This document shows positions 31,959-42,727 of a stretch of DNA of 64,000 nt, one piece after another. The notes beneath the pieces are model-generated. The model saw only the letters and a list, made by a program, of their open reading frames with translations, had not been told where the DNA came from and did not search any database. Numbering within the stretch: position 1 is the stretch's first letter; the number at the start of each line of letters is the position of its first letter. Source of the stretch: Trypanosoma brucei. Lineage: Eukaryota. The stretch lies in NCBI GenBank assembly GCA_000002445.1, contig CM000207.1:1088001-1152000 (forward strand). The letters are read 5' to 3'. The position numbers and the translations under genes are program-made.

Positions 31959-32840
31959 TTGTTTTGCCTTATGCTCGCGACCCAAACCAAGACGTGGGTT
32001 GCGGGTGCCGCTACGAAAGCGCAACAGCCGTGCGTCCGGAGGGGCAGCACCCTCGCAACACCATCCTCGCCACTCTGGTACAATCCACTTTGTGTGGCGT
32101 GCCGGCTGCAGGCGAGCGACCAGTTTCATCGTTATCTGCATAATCCTCACATAGTACAGCCAGACGGCATCGATTCGCTTCCACGCACAAAAGGCGACCA
32201 GCAGCAGTGGTTGAACGTTGAACAATGGGACGGTTACAGTGATACTTACCTGAAGCAACATATGCAATACCCGCCAACCAACGAGCATCCCAACAACCAC
32301 CTCAATTTTAGTCACAACCTGCTGAGTGAGTGTCTGCGGAGTTGTTATGAGTACTACGGGAAACCTGCTGATCAGCTGCAGAGACTACACGAAGATCCAC
32401 TTCACCCGCATTTCCACCAAATGATTGCGGGCATAAAAAAAGACCGGGAGAAGATAGCCGAAGAGCTTGATCGTGTCTACGCGAATCTTCACCCTACTGT
32501 GAAGACGGTGTATGACGCTTATCTCGTCCGTCGGTACTACCAACTTGGTGACTGGATTGAGCGTGTTGAGCAAAAGCGCCACGATTTGTTATGTCAGTTG
32601 TCACCTGAATATATACGGCAAGCAGAAAGAGCGCGAGGTGTAGCGGCGCACTTCCTCAGTCGTCTGAAACAGCTGCAGTCAGCCTTCACACATAACCCGA
32701 CCCTTGGCCTCCTTGATGATGCAATGGAGGGGCAATACACCCATGACGAGTTAGTGATGCTGCGGCAGAAGGCGGCATATTTCCGCAATATGCGTCAACT
32801 GGGTGCTAACCAACAGGATGCCGACGTACACACACACTGA
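31959..32840 (+). CDS. Hypothetical protein (293 aa)
   Basis: Continuous ORF on the same strand as the gene run. His/Gln-rich. No recognisable domain. Confidence 0.45.
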   Translation: MFCLMLATQTKTWVAGAATKAQQPCVRRGSTLATPSSPLWYNPLCVACRLQASDQFHRYLHNPHIVQPDGIDSLPRTKGDQQQWLNVEQWDGYSDTYLKQHMQYPPTNEHPNNHLNFSHNLLSECLRSCYEYYGKPADQLQRLHEDPLHPHFHQMIAGIKKDREKIAEELDRVYANLHPTVKTVYDAYLVRRYYQLGDWIERVEQKRHDLLCQLSPEYIRQAERARGVAAHFLSRLKQLQSAFTHNPTLGLLDDAMEGQYTHDELVMLRQKAAYFRNMRQLGANQQDADVHTH

Positions 32841-33136
32841 GCAAGCGGAGAGGAATGAAGTAACGAAGAAAATAGGGTGTGAGAAAAAAGAGGGGGATGG
32901 TCAGGGTAAGTTGTACTTTGCCGCTCGTTTTTTGTCAATGCCATTGCTGCCTATCGTTATCACTGCCCAAGGTATGAACGGTACATCAACTGTAATGTAT
33001 TTGTGGAACATGCTTAACTTTTTAAGGGCTTACTTACCCATTTGCTCTTTTTCACCGAGCGACGTTGTGCGCCTATACCTTTCCCACCTTGTTTTCCTTC
33101 ATTGTACCAAAATGGCGGTTAGAAGACGCCCCGGTA

Positions 33137-35368
33137 ATGACCCCTCGGCGCGTCGCAAAGCTCGTGCAGTTTTCTGGTTCCTACCTGAATACCGAATGGG
33201 CTCGCAAATTTATCCTCGGTTCCTTGCTGCAGCGCTACAATCCTCAATCCTTGACTACTGTTGGTTCCTCTGCTGCGGGGAATTCCGGTGAGGATGCTTC
33301 TCTTGACAAGGAACTGCTTCACCTCCAGCGCTCACTGAGTGAGGTGTGGTCACTTCCGGCTCAACCGCTTGATGCGGTGAGCGAAGGGAGAATTCTTCGA
33401 TTACTCGCACGCTACGCTACGGGTGAGGGGGTCATGTCGATTGAGGCATTGAATGAACTGAGTCATGTGCTGTCGTGCATTCGTGGTTCCCCGCAACGTG
33501 TTGAAGGCCCGATAGATATGGAAGAGTTGCTGCTGGCAATAGGGTACGCTAAACCGGGCGACAACCTTCGGCGTGTGGCGTTCGCGGGAGAGCTGCAATA
33601 CCCTCCAAGCGCGCTTGCACATATGCGGGCACACCTCAGGGACGACATGGAGCGCGACGGTAGCGACCCATTCGACATTCTCCGTGTTGTCACTCACAAC
33701 CCGGCATATGCAATCGATTCTGCGAGCACGTCGGAGGTTGATGACGCGATAGGAGTGTATAAAGATCCCGTGACAGGTGAGGAGTGCTTTGTGGTGTACG
33801 TTTCCGATGCTACCGTCTACTGCCCGTTCGATAGTCCACTGGAGCAACTCACCGCAAGGCTACTGACAACGACAACATACCTTCCGGAAGGTGTTTTTTT
33901 CATGTTACCGAAGCCGATAGTTGATGCTGCAACCCTACGTGAGGACAGGCCTTGCCGCACGTTTGATATTCGGTTTCAGATTGATGAGGTAACTGGAGAA
34001 CTGAAAAACTATAGCGTTGGTGTCGGTTGGCTCCATAAACTTCGCCGCATCACGTACGACGAGGTACAAGCTCTGTATGATGAGGAGGCACAGGTGGGAA
34101 ATCAGCATCATCACACCGAAAGAGAAAGCACTCAGGCTTCTCCTGCTAAACGCGAAGAGGGAAAGAAAGGTATGGTAGCCTCAGGAGGCACATCATCATG
34201 CCGTCCCTCGTGGATGACTGTGGAGGATGAAAGCATCTTACGCCGCATCTACAGAGCTGCACAGAAGCGATATGAAACCAGGCAGTTGCGAGCGGGAGAC
34301 CGTTTCATCCATGCAGACTTGCCTGAGCCGCTCATCAAAGTGGGTGCTGGGGCACAGGTACTTTCGGTGGAGGACCAAATCATTGGCACTAGGGACGCTC
34401 GACTGGCCGTTGCGGAGATGATGATCGCCGCAAATGAGGTTTGCTCTCGTGTGGCGCAGGAAAATCATCTTTCTATACCATTTCGCGGCACGCGAGAGTT
34501 GTCTTTAGACCATGTTGCAGCGAAGTCGTACAGAGAGCCGCAGGGCGTAGTATCTGTCCAATCTCTCGATCCGCAGTACGTTTTTTTCGCGGAGGCGATG
34601 CAACGATCCATTCGGCAGTTGAGCGGAGTCACACGAGCCGTCTACTTCCACACGCCCATTTACCACGCAGGTCTCGACACACATAACTATACGCACAGCA
34701 CTAGTCCATTGAGGCGCTATGCAGATATGTTGGTGCATCATCAATTGAAGGTATGGCTCTGGCGCACTTCGCACTGCAGTAGTGGAGGCGGTGCGTTACA
34801 TTCTGCACAAAAGAGCTCCCCTGTGCTGATTGAGCAACCAATAGCGGAGCATACTATGGCCACACTTTGTTCAATGATCAGTAGTAAGCAGGAGCAGTCA
34901 AGTATTTTGCAGGAAAGCAGTCAACGCTACTGGTTGTTGAAACACATTAAACAAAACATCCTTACGAAAAGTCCCCATCACCGCTTTATTTGTCTTGTTG
35001 GTGACACACGAAGTGTAAAGTGTGCACCTGAGTATGCGCGATTCGTCGTCGAATGCAGTCACGACTCACCATCACAACCTGATGGTGGCGTGCACCGAAC
35101 TGTTCCATGGGCAGGAAGGTGGAAGCAGCGACATCACGAGTATCTTTACGTTTCGGATATCTATATTACAGAATTGCAGTTCGCACATGTGGTTCTCCAC
35201 AGTCTACCCGATGTTGTAGTTGGTGCAGTGGTTGAATGTGAGGTACGCGAGGTGCACCCAACCCAAGGTTATCTCTCACTAGCGATTGTGAAAGTTTGGA
35301 GTGGTGGAGACGAACGACGGTTCGAGCCACTTTGGAAAAAGTGCCTTCTTCCATCTCTGGACTCGTGA
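33137..35368 (+). CDS. RNB-domain 3'-5' exoribonuclease (RNase II/R family), possibly the mitochondrial degradosome DSS1-like enzyme
   Basis: YTHSTSPLRRYADMLVHHQLK is the RNB signature (Y.HFTSPIRRY.D..VHR.L). Upstream AYAIDSASTSEVDDAIGV resembles the RNB catalytic D-x-D..D-D region. Start taken at ATG 33137 (MTPRRVAKLV…, basic presequence-like), which gives 743 aa; the ORF-track start 33065 lies in a pyrimidine tract. Confidence 0.75.
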   Translation: MTPRRVAKLVQFSGSYLNTEWARKFILGSLLQRYNPQSLTTVGSSAAGNSGEDASLDKELLHLQRSLSEVWSLPAQPLDAVSEGRILRLLARYATGEGVMSIEALNELSHVLSCIRGSPQRVEGPIDMEELLLAIGYAKPGDNLRRVAFAGELQYPPSALAHMRAHLRDDMERDGSDPFDILRVVTHNPAYAIDSASTSEVDDAIGVYKDPVTGEECFVVYVSDATVYCPFDSPLEQLTARLLTTTTYLPEGVFFMLPKPIVDAATLREDRPCRTFDIRFQIDEVTGELKNYSVGVGWLHKLRRITYDEVQALYDEEAQVGNQHHHTERESTQASPAKREEGKKGMVASGGTSSCRPSWMTVEDESILRRIYRAAQKRYETRQLRAGDRFIHADLPEPLIKVGAGAQVLSVEDQIIGTRDARLAVAEMMIAANEVCSRVAQENHLSIPFRGTRELSLDHVAAKSYREPQGVVSVQSLDPQYVFFAEAMQRSIRQLSGVTRAVYFHTPIYHAGLDTHNYTHSTSPLRRYADMLVHHQLKVWLWRTSHCSSGGGALHSAQKSSPVLIEQPIAEHTMATLCSMISSKQEQSSILQESSQRYWLLKHIKQNILTKSPHHRFICLVGDTRSVKCAPEYARFVVECSHDSPSQPDGGVHRTVPWAGRWKQRHHEYLYVSDIYITELQFAHVVLHSLPDVVVGAVVECEVREVHPTQGYLSLAIVKVWSGGDERRFEPLWKKCLLPSLDS

Positions 35369-35611
35369 GAACACCACCGAGGCGGGAACATGCCTCGTTT
35401 CTTCGGATGTGTACGCGTCCGTGTTAATGCGGCGGCGGTGTGTGTGGTGGTTGTTTTGGTGTTGTACAGAACTTGCGCTTGTTAAAGTGCTGCTGTACTG
35501 GTTGGTCTCCCTTGATAATTGTTTTAAGCGCATGCGATTATATACCATGGTATGTGCACTTGCACAGTTTCGATCTTGTTATATTTTCTTCTTTCCCCGT
35601 TTGTCGCTGCC

Positions 35612-35720
<109 letters not shown>

Positions 35721-35781
35721 TTGAGGTTAGAGGCTTAGTCTTTAGATACGTACCCGTAGCCAATTTGCCCATTCGCACGTT

Positions 35782-36363
35782 ATGGGACAACTTATTAGTG
35801 GCCTTTGGTCGGTTTTCAACCCTAATCGGCACTACAAATTGCTCATCCTTGGACTCAACAATGCGGGCAAAACATCAATTTTGTACCACCTGCAACTTGG
35901 ACACAGTATAGCGACACAACCGACACTTGGAGGGAACGTCGAGCAGCTGAGCATTTCGCATGGATCTAATAATAACAAAATCGAAGTTTCTTGCTGGGAC
36001 CTTGGGGGTCAAGAGCAGCTGCGTGACTCCTGGCGCCTTTACTACGATCAAACGGATGCCGTAATATTTGTGGTGGATGCCGCTGACCCCTCCCGCTTTC
36101 CTGCGGCGCGAAGTGTTCTCCATAAAATATTAGCCAATGAACCACAACTCCGCCAGGCGGTGCTTTTGGTGCTGGCTAACAAACAAGATATGGAAGGAGC
36201 GGTGAGTCCCGCCGATCTCATCGAATCATTGGGGTTGGCTGCTGTAAATGATCGAACTTGGACACTGATGGGATGCAGTGCATCAAAAGGTGATTCTCTT
36301 CGGGAGGCTATGTCATGGATTGCGCAAAGAATAGGAGACCGCAGACCTGCGAGCAGTGCGTGA
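35782..36363 (+). CDS. ADP-ribosylation factor-like small GTPase (ARL family)
   Basis: MGQLISGLW has Gly2 for N-myristoylation. GLNNAGKTS is the P-loop, WDLGGQ is the G3 box and NKQD is the G4 box. CSAS. Size 193 aa. Confidence 0.85.
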   Translation: MGQLISGLWSVFNPNRHYKLLILGLNNAGKTSILYHLQLGHSIATQPTLGGNVEQLSISHGSNNNKIEVSCWDLGGQEQLRDSWRLYYDQTDAVIFVVDAADPSRFPAARSVLHKILANEPQLRQAVLLVLANKQDMEGAVSPADLIESLGLAAVNDRTWTLMGCSASKGDSLREAMSWIAQRIGDRRPASSA

Positions 36364-36471
36364 GTCAAGTAAAGTGAATTCAGATATTCTCTTAGTGGAA
36401 ACAAATAGTAAAAAGGTAAAAGCATCAAAACCTCTCTTGTATGTTTACCTTTCGAGTGTGTTGAAAATATT

Positions 36472-36760
36472 ATGCCTTGTACTTCTCTTTGTTTCCTTCT
36501 GCTTTGCTGCTATGTTATTAGCCCCTCACCTCATTCTCTGTTGTTGTTTTTTTTCCTGTTTCTTCAACGCCACTCGAACATGGGAAAGAATGGGCTTTTA
36601 CACTCTCACTTATCTCCCCTCTTCACTCAGCTTATTCGTTTAGCAACCCCTTCCGTTATCCTTTTCCCTTTTATCGGTCTGTATGCACGCATAATTCTTT
36701 TTTTTTATTGTTGGCTCGTATATGTGTTTACTTCTCTTTGTTTTTATATTATTTTATATT
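36472..36760 (+). promoter_or_regulatory. Extended (about 290 bp) pyrimidine-rich tract upstream of the next gene
   Basis: Continuous C/T-rich sequence. The ORF-track protein starting at 36472 mostly translates this tract (LCFLLLCCYVISPSPHSLLLFFFLFL…). Confidence 0.5.
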
Positions 36761-36813
36761 ATACACATATATACATATATATATATATATTTCCGCCTAG
36801 TCGGCTAGTGGGG

Positions 36814-37365
36814 ATGAAAAACAAAGCGGCATCTCGTCGCGACGAAAAACTCATCAAAGGGACTAATATCATTGTTAAGAATGTTTCCCTTATTGACAAA
36901 CATAGGAACGATCCTCAGGCACTGCTTCACTCCATAGAAGCTGATGACGCCGTTGAGTTGAGGTGGTGGAGAAACGCACTTCGCCCGGAAGCTAATCTCA
37001 TTGAACCCGCTGTTGCGTACTTGCAGGGTATTAAAGTTATTCGACCTGCTACGAACTTTAATACATTTGACATCAAAAAGGCTCGTCTTCGCCGATTAGA
37101 AAAGCAGGAAATTGAGAGAAAGAAATGTCTTGAGAGGCGTAAAAGAGATGTCGCTCCGACGGCTGCCATGAAGGCATCTGCCAATCCGTACCGGGTCCCG
37201 CGTTCCGGTGGATACATAAAACAAAAGGACGACCGCATCATTCAGCGGGGTGAAAAGACCAAAAAAGCAGCCAAGAAAGATATCAAAGAGAGTGGTGGAA
37301 AGACTCAACGTCATAAAAGTAACGGCGAGAAGGGGAAGTTGCAAAAGATAGGCAAAGGTTTGTAA
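36814..37365 (+). CDS. Small lysine/arginine-rich protein (183 aa), likely nucleic-acid-binding or nucleolar
   Basis: In-frame ATG 36814 (MKNKAASRRDEK) lies after the pyrimidine tract and a (TA)n run. pI clearly basic: KKARLRRLEKQEIERKKCLERRKR…KKAAKKDIKE. Confidence 0.45.
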   Translation: MKNKAASRRDEKLIKGTNIIVKNVSLIDKHRNDPQALLHSIEADDAVELRWWRNALRPEANLIEPAVAYLQGIKVIRPATNFNTFDIKKARLRRLEKQEIERKKCLERRKRDVAPTAAMKASANPYRVPRSGGYIKQKDDRIIQRGEKTKKAAKKDIKESGGKTQRHKSNGEKGKLQKIGKGL

Positions 37366-37680
37366 TGAGGTAATACGTCCTCATTTTGCCACTTTTGTAT
37401 ATATATATATATGTTTCTCTCGTTGGCTAGTGCTCGGCTTTTTTTATTCGCTGTGGCGTTGAATTGTAATTGAAGTGAACCTTTAACATCGCGGTCGGTT
37501 AATCCAGAGATGGTCGTATAACAGAGGGAGATGTTACCCAAATAATTAAAAAGGAGGGCAGAAGGCTTATGAAGTTGAGCAGAAGTGTTGCGAGAACCTT
37601 CACTGTTGTCCCATCTTTTTTGCCTCCCATCACAGGCGCCACTGGACGCTATAAGTGGTAGCGGCCAACGCCATGAACTC

Positions 37681-37740
37681 CACCTCTTTGTTCTTTTTAT
37701 CCACTCTTTTGTTGTTGTTGTTTTTTTTTTTGAACTTTTG
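37681..37740 (+). promoter_or_regulatory. Polypyrimidine tract / trans-splice signal
   Basis: cacctctttgttctttttatccactcttttgttgttgttgttttttttttt. Confidence 0.45.
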
Positions 37741-37798
37741 AAGGCGATGATTTGCGTGTTGCTAAGTTTGCTCTTTCATTTCCCTCTTTTTCCCTTTA

Positions 37799-38941
37799 GT
37801 GAGCAGGTTCGTTGTGAGTACACAAACTAGTAGGCGAAGAATGCGATCCGGTCGCAAACTCGGTTGTTTTACTAATCGCCTTCGTCTTCCTTTTTTCAGC
37901 CCATGCTCACAGATAACAGCGCTGACAGCGTCACATCGTTGCAAGTCTTATGTACTTAAGTTCTTGCGAGGTCAGTTGCCAGAAGACCTGAAAGATGTCA
38001 ATGGCGCCCTCGGATGTCTTTACGGCACGCTTCCTGATGTGGATGAGTTCGGACAGTTTGTAATCTCCCCTGATGTTGTAAACAGCTTCCATCAGTTTGG
38101 TTATGTGAAAATGCCAATACCGGTGCTCGATCATCAGCAGATTGATAAACTGGCGGACGAGGTGAACGAGTTGGCCAACAATGTGGAGCACCACCCCAAG
38201 ACGGAGAGATTGTATGCGACTTCCCTAGCGGATTTAACTGGAGGGCCATTATTTTTTTGCCAGGGTCAGTGGCGTGCAGCGTGGGGAATGCATGACCTCA
38301 TTTACCTTCCCACTATTACCGTAGCTGCTTCACAGATCCTCAACAACTCGCTCGTTCGATTGTGGTACGATGAGGTTTTTATGAAGGCGGCGAGAACGGG
38401 GCCATGTGTTCCTTGGCAGCAAAATTATGCGCGTTGGCAACATACAAAACCAGTCAACCACGTCACTGTCATGATTGCGCTCGACACAATGAACAAAGAT
38501 CGTGGGGCTCCCTGCCTTGTGCCTGGTAGTCACCGCTGGAGGGAGGGCGGTTTACTTCCACCCGTCTCATACGACCCAACAAAAGATGAAGCGCACCAAC
38601 TGAACACAATATGGGAAATCATTAATGAAGAAGAGGGTGAAATGCTCATGGACACACCACCCGTTACGGTGGATCTTCGTCGTGGTGAAGCTCTTCTCAT
38701 TCACCCACTGACGCTCTTCGCAACGCATGGTAATCGCTCATTGGATGCTGTGCGTTGCTGCTTTATTCATTACATGGGTGAGAAAACATACGCGGTCCAA
38801 AATGGGCCGCTTCTTCCACATACGACTAAATTCCAGGCGGATGCCATGATTCAGGGCCCATTTTATCCAGTTGTGTTTGATCCGGCAATGACTGAGGAAT
38901 TAACCATGCTTCCCACAGCGCCATCCGAAGAGGAGGCGTAA
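37799..38941 (+). CDS. Phytanoyl-CoA dioxygenase (PhyH)-family 2OG/Fe(II) oxygenase-like protein with a substituted His-x-Asp motif
   Basis: VTVMIALDTMNKDRGAPCLVPGSHRW and GEALLIHPLTLFATHGNRS align to human PHYH [27 protein letters not shown] and GDTVFFHPLLIHGSGQN. The position of PHYH HPLHQDLHYF reads VPWQQNYARW here, so H-x-D becomes Q-x-N. Confidence 0.6.
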   Translation: MSRFVVSTQTSRRRMRSGRKLGCFTNRLRLPFFSPCSQITALTASHRCKSYVLKFLRGQLPEDLKDVNGALGCLYGTLPDVDEFGQFVISPDVVNSFHQFGYVKMPIPVLDHQQIDKLADEVNELANNVEHHPKTERLYATSLADLTGGPLFFCQGQWRAAWGMHDLIYLPTITVAASQILNNSLVRLWYDEVFMKAARTGPCVPWQQNYARWQHTKPVNHVTVMIALDTMNKDRGAPCLVPGSHRWREGGLLPPVSYDPTKDEAHQLNTIWEIINEEEGEMLMDTPPVTVDLRRGEALLIHPLTLFATHGNRSLDAVRCCFIHYMGEKTYAVQNGPLLPHTTKFQADAMIQGPFYPVVFDPAMTEELTMLPTAPSEEEA

Positions 38942-40034
38942 CGTTTGGGGGTTCCAAATGGCCAGTTATGAGTTTTACTTTTTGTTTTTTCCCCCCGGCC
39001 ATGTGTTGTGTTTTGCCGCGATGGAGCGGCAGCGGAGTGGTCTTAGCGAAACTTGTCACCATCATTGAGGACCTCAGGTTATTAATACCAAATGCATGTT
39101 GGCTAACGGTACCGCTTTAGGCTTGTGCGCAGTCATCACAAATCCTTTCCCCGCTTTACGGAAACGTGCATGAACTCTGATACCTTTAGCTAACGGGAAT
39201 GGAGTATGCATATAGGGAAACCATCGTGCGGCATGTTGCACACAGCCAGCCGTTTACGTGTATTTACCCTTCACTTTACCCTGTTGCAACCTCTCCGCGC
39301 ATTTTGTGAAGAGCGTAAAGGGTGGTTAGTTTTGTGTGTGAGAAGATGAAATATATGCTGCAGCGCTGGCGCCGCAGTTGCTGAATGAATGTATCATGTT
39401 GGATTTGATTTGTTGTTATGTTATGTTTGTTTGTTTGCTTCTCTTACCCTTCACGTTACCCCCTTTTAAGCCACGTAGCACACAACACCAACACGTGAGT
39501 CCAACTCAGGAAGAGGGAAAGTTAAGAATGTGTAATACGAGTTGCATCGCCTTTCACCAAAACGCTGGTCCAATGCGGGGACGTGTTAAGTCGCGATTGT
39601 TGTCACAAACATGTTCAGATTAGCGGGGACGAACTGTGAAGGGTGACTCAGTACAGAGATAACTGCTGTTGACAACATAATGGGAGTGACGTGTGTCCCT
39701 GAAAAGCACCGCATTATGGTACGGGCGAGGAATTGCACATTCTCACCGTTACTGGCAGACGGTTTTGCCATCATCTGGTAAGCCTTCCAAGTGTCCGTGT
39801 GAGCTTATGCCGCTGACCAGTTGCAGAGAAGTTTAACAAAACAATTGGGTCTTTTCGGTTGCGGCAGCACCATCAACGGTAAAGGAAAGAAAGGCACGTA
39901 TGGACGTGGTGTTAAGCGTAAATACCAGCACGGAAAATGTGCGCATATGCAAGCGCCAGGTTCTCTCTTTTTCCCCTTCTTCCATTTGCACGCATGGGTG
40001 CCGACAGGATGGTAAATTGAAGACTTTCATAATA

Positions 40035-40077
40035 TTGTTGTTGTTGTTGTTGTTGTTGTTTTTGGGGGGGGGGGGGG
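40035..40077. repeat. (TTG)8 microsatellite, then T5, then poly-G(14)
   Basis: ttgttgttgttgttgttgttgtttttgggggggggggggg, read directly. Confidence 0.9.
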
Positions 40078-40489
40078 ACGTTAGAAAAAAATCCCCGGTC
40101 GAAAAATGGGACTTTGTGCCGTCCTGAGGGTGAAAGAGTTCAAAACTTGTTTAACAAAGAAAATTGAGTTGGGGCATTGTAATGAAGTGGTGATACAAGC
40201 AGGCAGACTTTGGATAAAAGATGTTACTGGTGTGAGGGTAAGGACGCTGGTGGCGTGGGAAACTGAATTACTGAAAGGCAACGGCGAGTAAAATACAGGC
40301 GAGAGAAGGAGAGTGTCCTGAGCTGTGGTTCTACGATAAAGTAAACATTGTGTAGCAGAGGGAATGTTACCATCCTGTAATATTTTGAGTGCATTGCGAC
40401 CATATGTCTTAATGCAGTGCATGTTGTGTTTGTGCAAAACTTCCCGTCGTCACAGCACACCGTCACCAACTAATTTAGTAAATAGAAAT

Positions 40490-41609
40490 ATGAGGAGGAG
40501 GGGGAAATGTGGCGGTGAAAGGTTGGAGATTTTGCTCGTAGTTTCGATGTTATTGTTGGTGACGTGTTTAAATCGTTACGGTGTTATGGGTCGCGTCTGG
40601 TTTAAGGGTGGGGAGAAAAATTTAACGGCGGTTGGTGAAGACGAGTATCTAAAGTTTGTGCCAAACGCAACGGCAAATATGTGGAAATAGAGGAATTACT
40701 TTGTTGTTGCCGGTATACAGTCTGTGGATAATGTGGAGCGGTACAGGCGTAGGTTTCTACAGCGAGAGAGACGTGTTGGAAATACAGTGGTGTGGCCGCA
40801 GAGAGAAATGATTTCATTGGAGACTTCCTTCCCTTATATTTACTCTCCCCTCACCAACAAAATGATTACAGGTTCTCAAACTTCTCGAAGTTGGAGGCAT
40901 TAAGTTTTCAGGGCATTGTTGTACTGCCAACACGTGATGTGTACCCGGGGACGAGGAAGCAGATCGGTGATTATTCGAGTTGGGGGCGGAAAGTGGAGGT
41001 GATTATGAGTAATAAAACATATTTGTGGTCCAAATTTTCGTTAGAATTCTTCATCCCCACACCGTACATAATGAAAGGTGATGATGACGCTTTCATTAGG
41101 GTGACACACCACCTTTCTAATTTACGGATGATGCCACGGAAAGGTTTAAATATGGGAAAGTGCAGTGAAGCCAGTGGTGGAATGTCTGAAGATAAACCTG
41201 TTTCATTTATCGCGGGTTACTGCAACACGCTATCGAGAGATGTTGCACAGGCAGTAGTGAGCTATAAGCCCCCTTGGAACGCCTGGTTAACACACACTAC
41301 TTTTTCTGGAATTTCAATACGTTTTACGAGCCGGCGATGTTTAACGAAGATGCCATGGTCAGAACGGTACACACGGAGAAGGTGAACTATACAAGACTGG
41401 TGGCAATTGACATGAGAGAATGTCACTGTGCTGGACACTTCAGGTCCCATGAGGTAGATCTGATATGGGGCAAAGTTATCGTCTTGCACCACGTAAGAGA
41501 AGAGGTTTATGATCAGTTAAAGGAAGCGCTCCCTGAAAGTTGCATCTCGCCTCGTCCAGTGGACCTCATGTGGATAACGGACAGTTTTGCTGCTGCGAGC
41601 TGCGAATAA
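40490..41609 (+). pseudogene. Beta-1,3-glycosyltransferase-family (trypanosomatid UDP-Gal/GlcNAc-dependent GT) pseudogene: type II signal anchor plus K-x-DDD motif, disrupted by an in-frame stop and at least two frameshifts
   Basis: Frame 2: MRRRGKCGGERLEILLVVSMLLLVTCLNRY (short cytoplasmic tail plus TM), then a TAG stop at 40688-40690, then SVDNVERYRRRFLQRE. Frame 1 from about 40770: TCWKYSGVAAE…VVLPTRDVYPG…IMKGDDDAFIRVTHHL, which matches the beta-3-GalT K.DDD.F motif. Frame 3 from 41274: NTHYFFWNF…EKVNYTRLVAIDMRE…. Confidence 0.6.
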
Positions 41610-42727
41610 TTTGAGCCCCACCGCCTAGTGATTTCGCGCGCGAGCGGCCTTACAAAATGTTGGAGTGGCAACACAGCGGAAGGTGCGGCGACTGTTTCCC
41701 TTTATAACCGAGAAACAATCACAGGTGTATGTTATTCCGAATCCGCTCTGGAGCTAAAAGCTGTAGAAGCATTAACGAACCGTGGTGGGAATGTGAAGGG
41801 TGCGTTACGCATCTGAAATGATCCCAGCTTTCTAGTTTCTATGGGGTCCTTGGCAGCGGGCAGGTGGTGTTTTCGTGACTGCATTCGCTTTGCTGGGGTA
41901 TATTATTACGGAGCGCCCACGCAGCCTAAACGTTGAAGCCCGCATTGTGCGTTGCTGCACGGGACGCATCGTGGTGGACAGTTTTTGCAGGTTTGTGGTA
42001 CCCGGGGTTAAGGAGGGATCACATTTACGGCACTGTGCTTTGCACTTTCGCCTTCAGGATACTTTAAGAAGGGCCTGTTGTAAGAAAAAATGTTCCTATC
42101 CGCCGTGTCACTCGCACACGCGCTGGCGATGACACAATTTATCAGACTCGGGGTGGATGAGCTGGATTGTCGTGCCTCCACAGCCCCCAATGGTTTGCGG
42201 ACGGCTGCGAGGGAACACCTCATTACCTTACTTTTCTGTAGGATTCAAAGAGCTGTTGATTACGGGACCTATCCAATAACTGCTGTTTGCCCGAAAGTTA
42301 CCGAACGTCTGCAAGCAGACGCGCTTATGCTGATGTCCCTGGATGCACGGCCCTGCCATTTTAACTTTCCAGGTGTGCCATCCACTTTGTGGTCTTTCTG
42401 TGCGATGCACCGGTTTGCGCGTCCTTTGCAGGAGAGTTGTGCATTCCCAGCTCTCTCATTCCGTTATGGCCTCATCGGTGACGAATATAATTTGTACCGG
42501 AAATGGTAGGGGTCCGTTGTGGTGCACAGAAGTTTGATAAATTTTTTGCGATGTTCTTTTTTTTTTTCATTGTTAAGTGAGCATTGCAGGCATCGATTAA
42601 CTTCATTACCTTTAAAACGAAGGAACTTGTATTGTTTTCTGAGTGGAAACTGTTTGACATGCTGCATAGCGCTGCCCATGCACTTTACTTGTCTAAGGCA
42701 TATTAGGACTCGTGACGGCAGCTTGCC

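Noticed and set aside
42090-42509. 139-aa plus ORF and neighbouring small ORFs (41875-42132, 42464-42907 minus)
   Set aside because: No domain and mixed-strand overlaps. They sit in a degenerate region after the glycosyltransferase pseudogene and could be remnants of decayed genes, but that cannot be supported.
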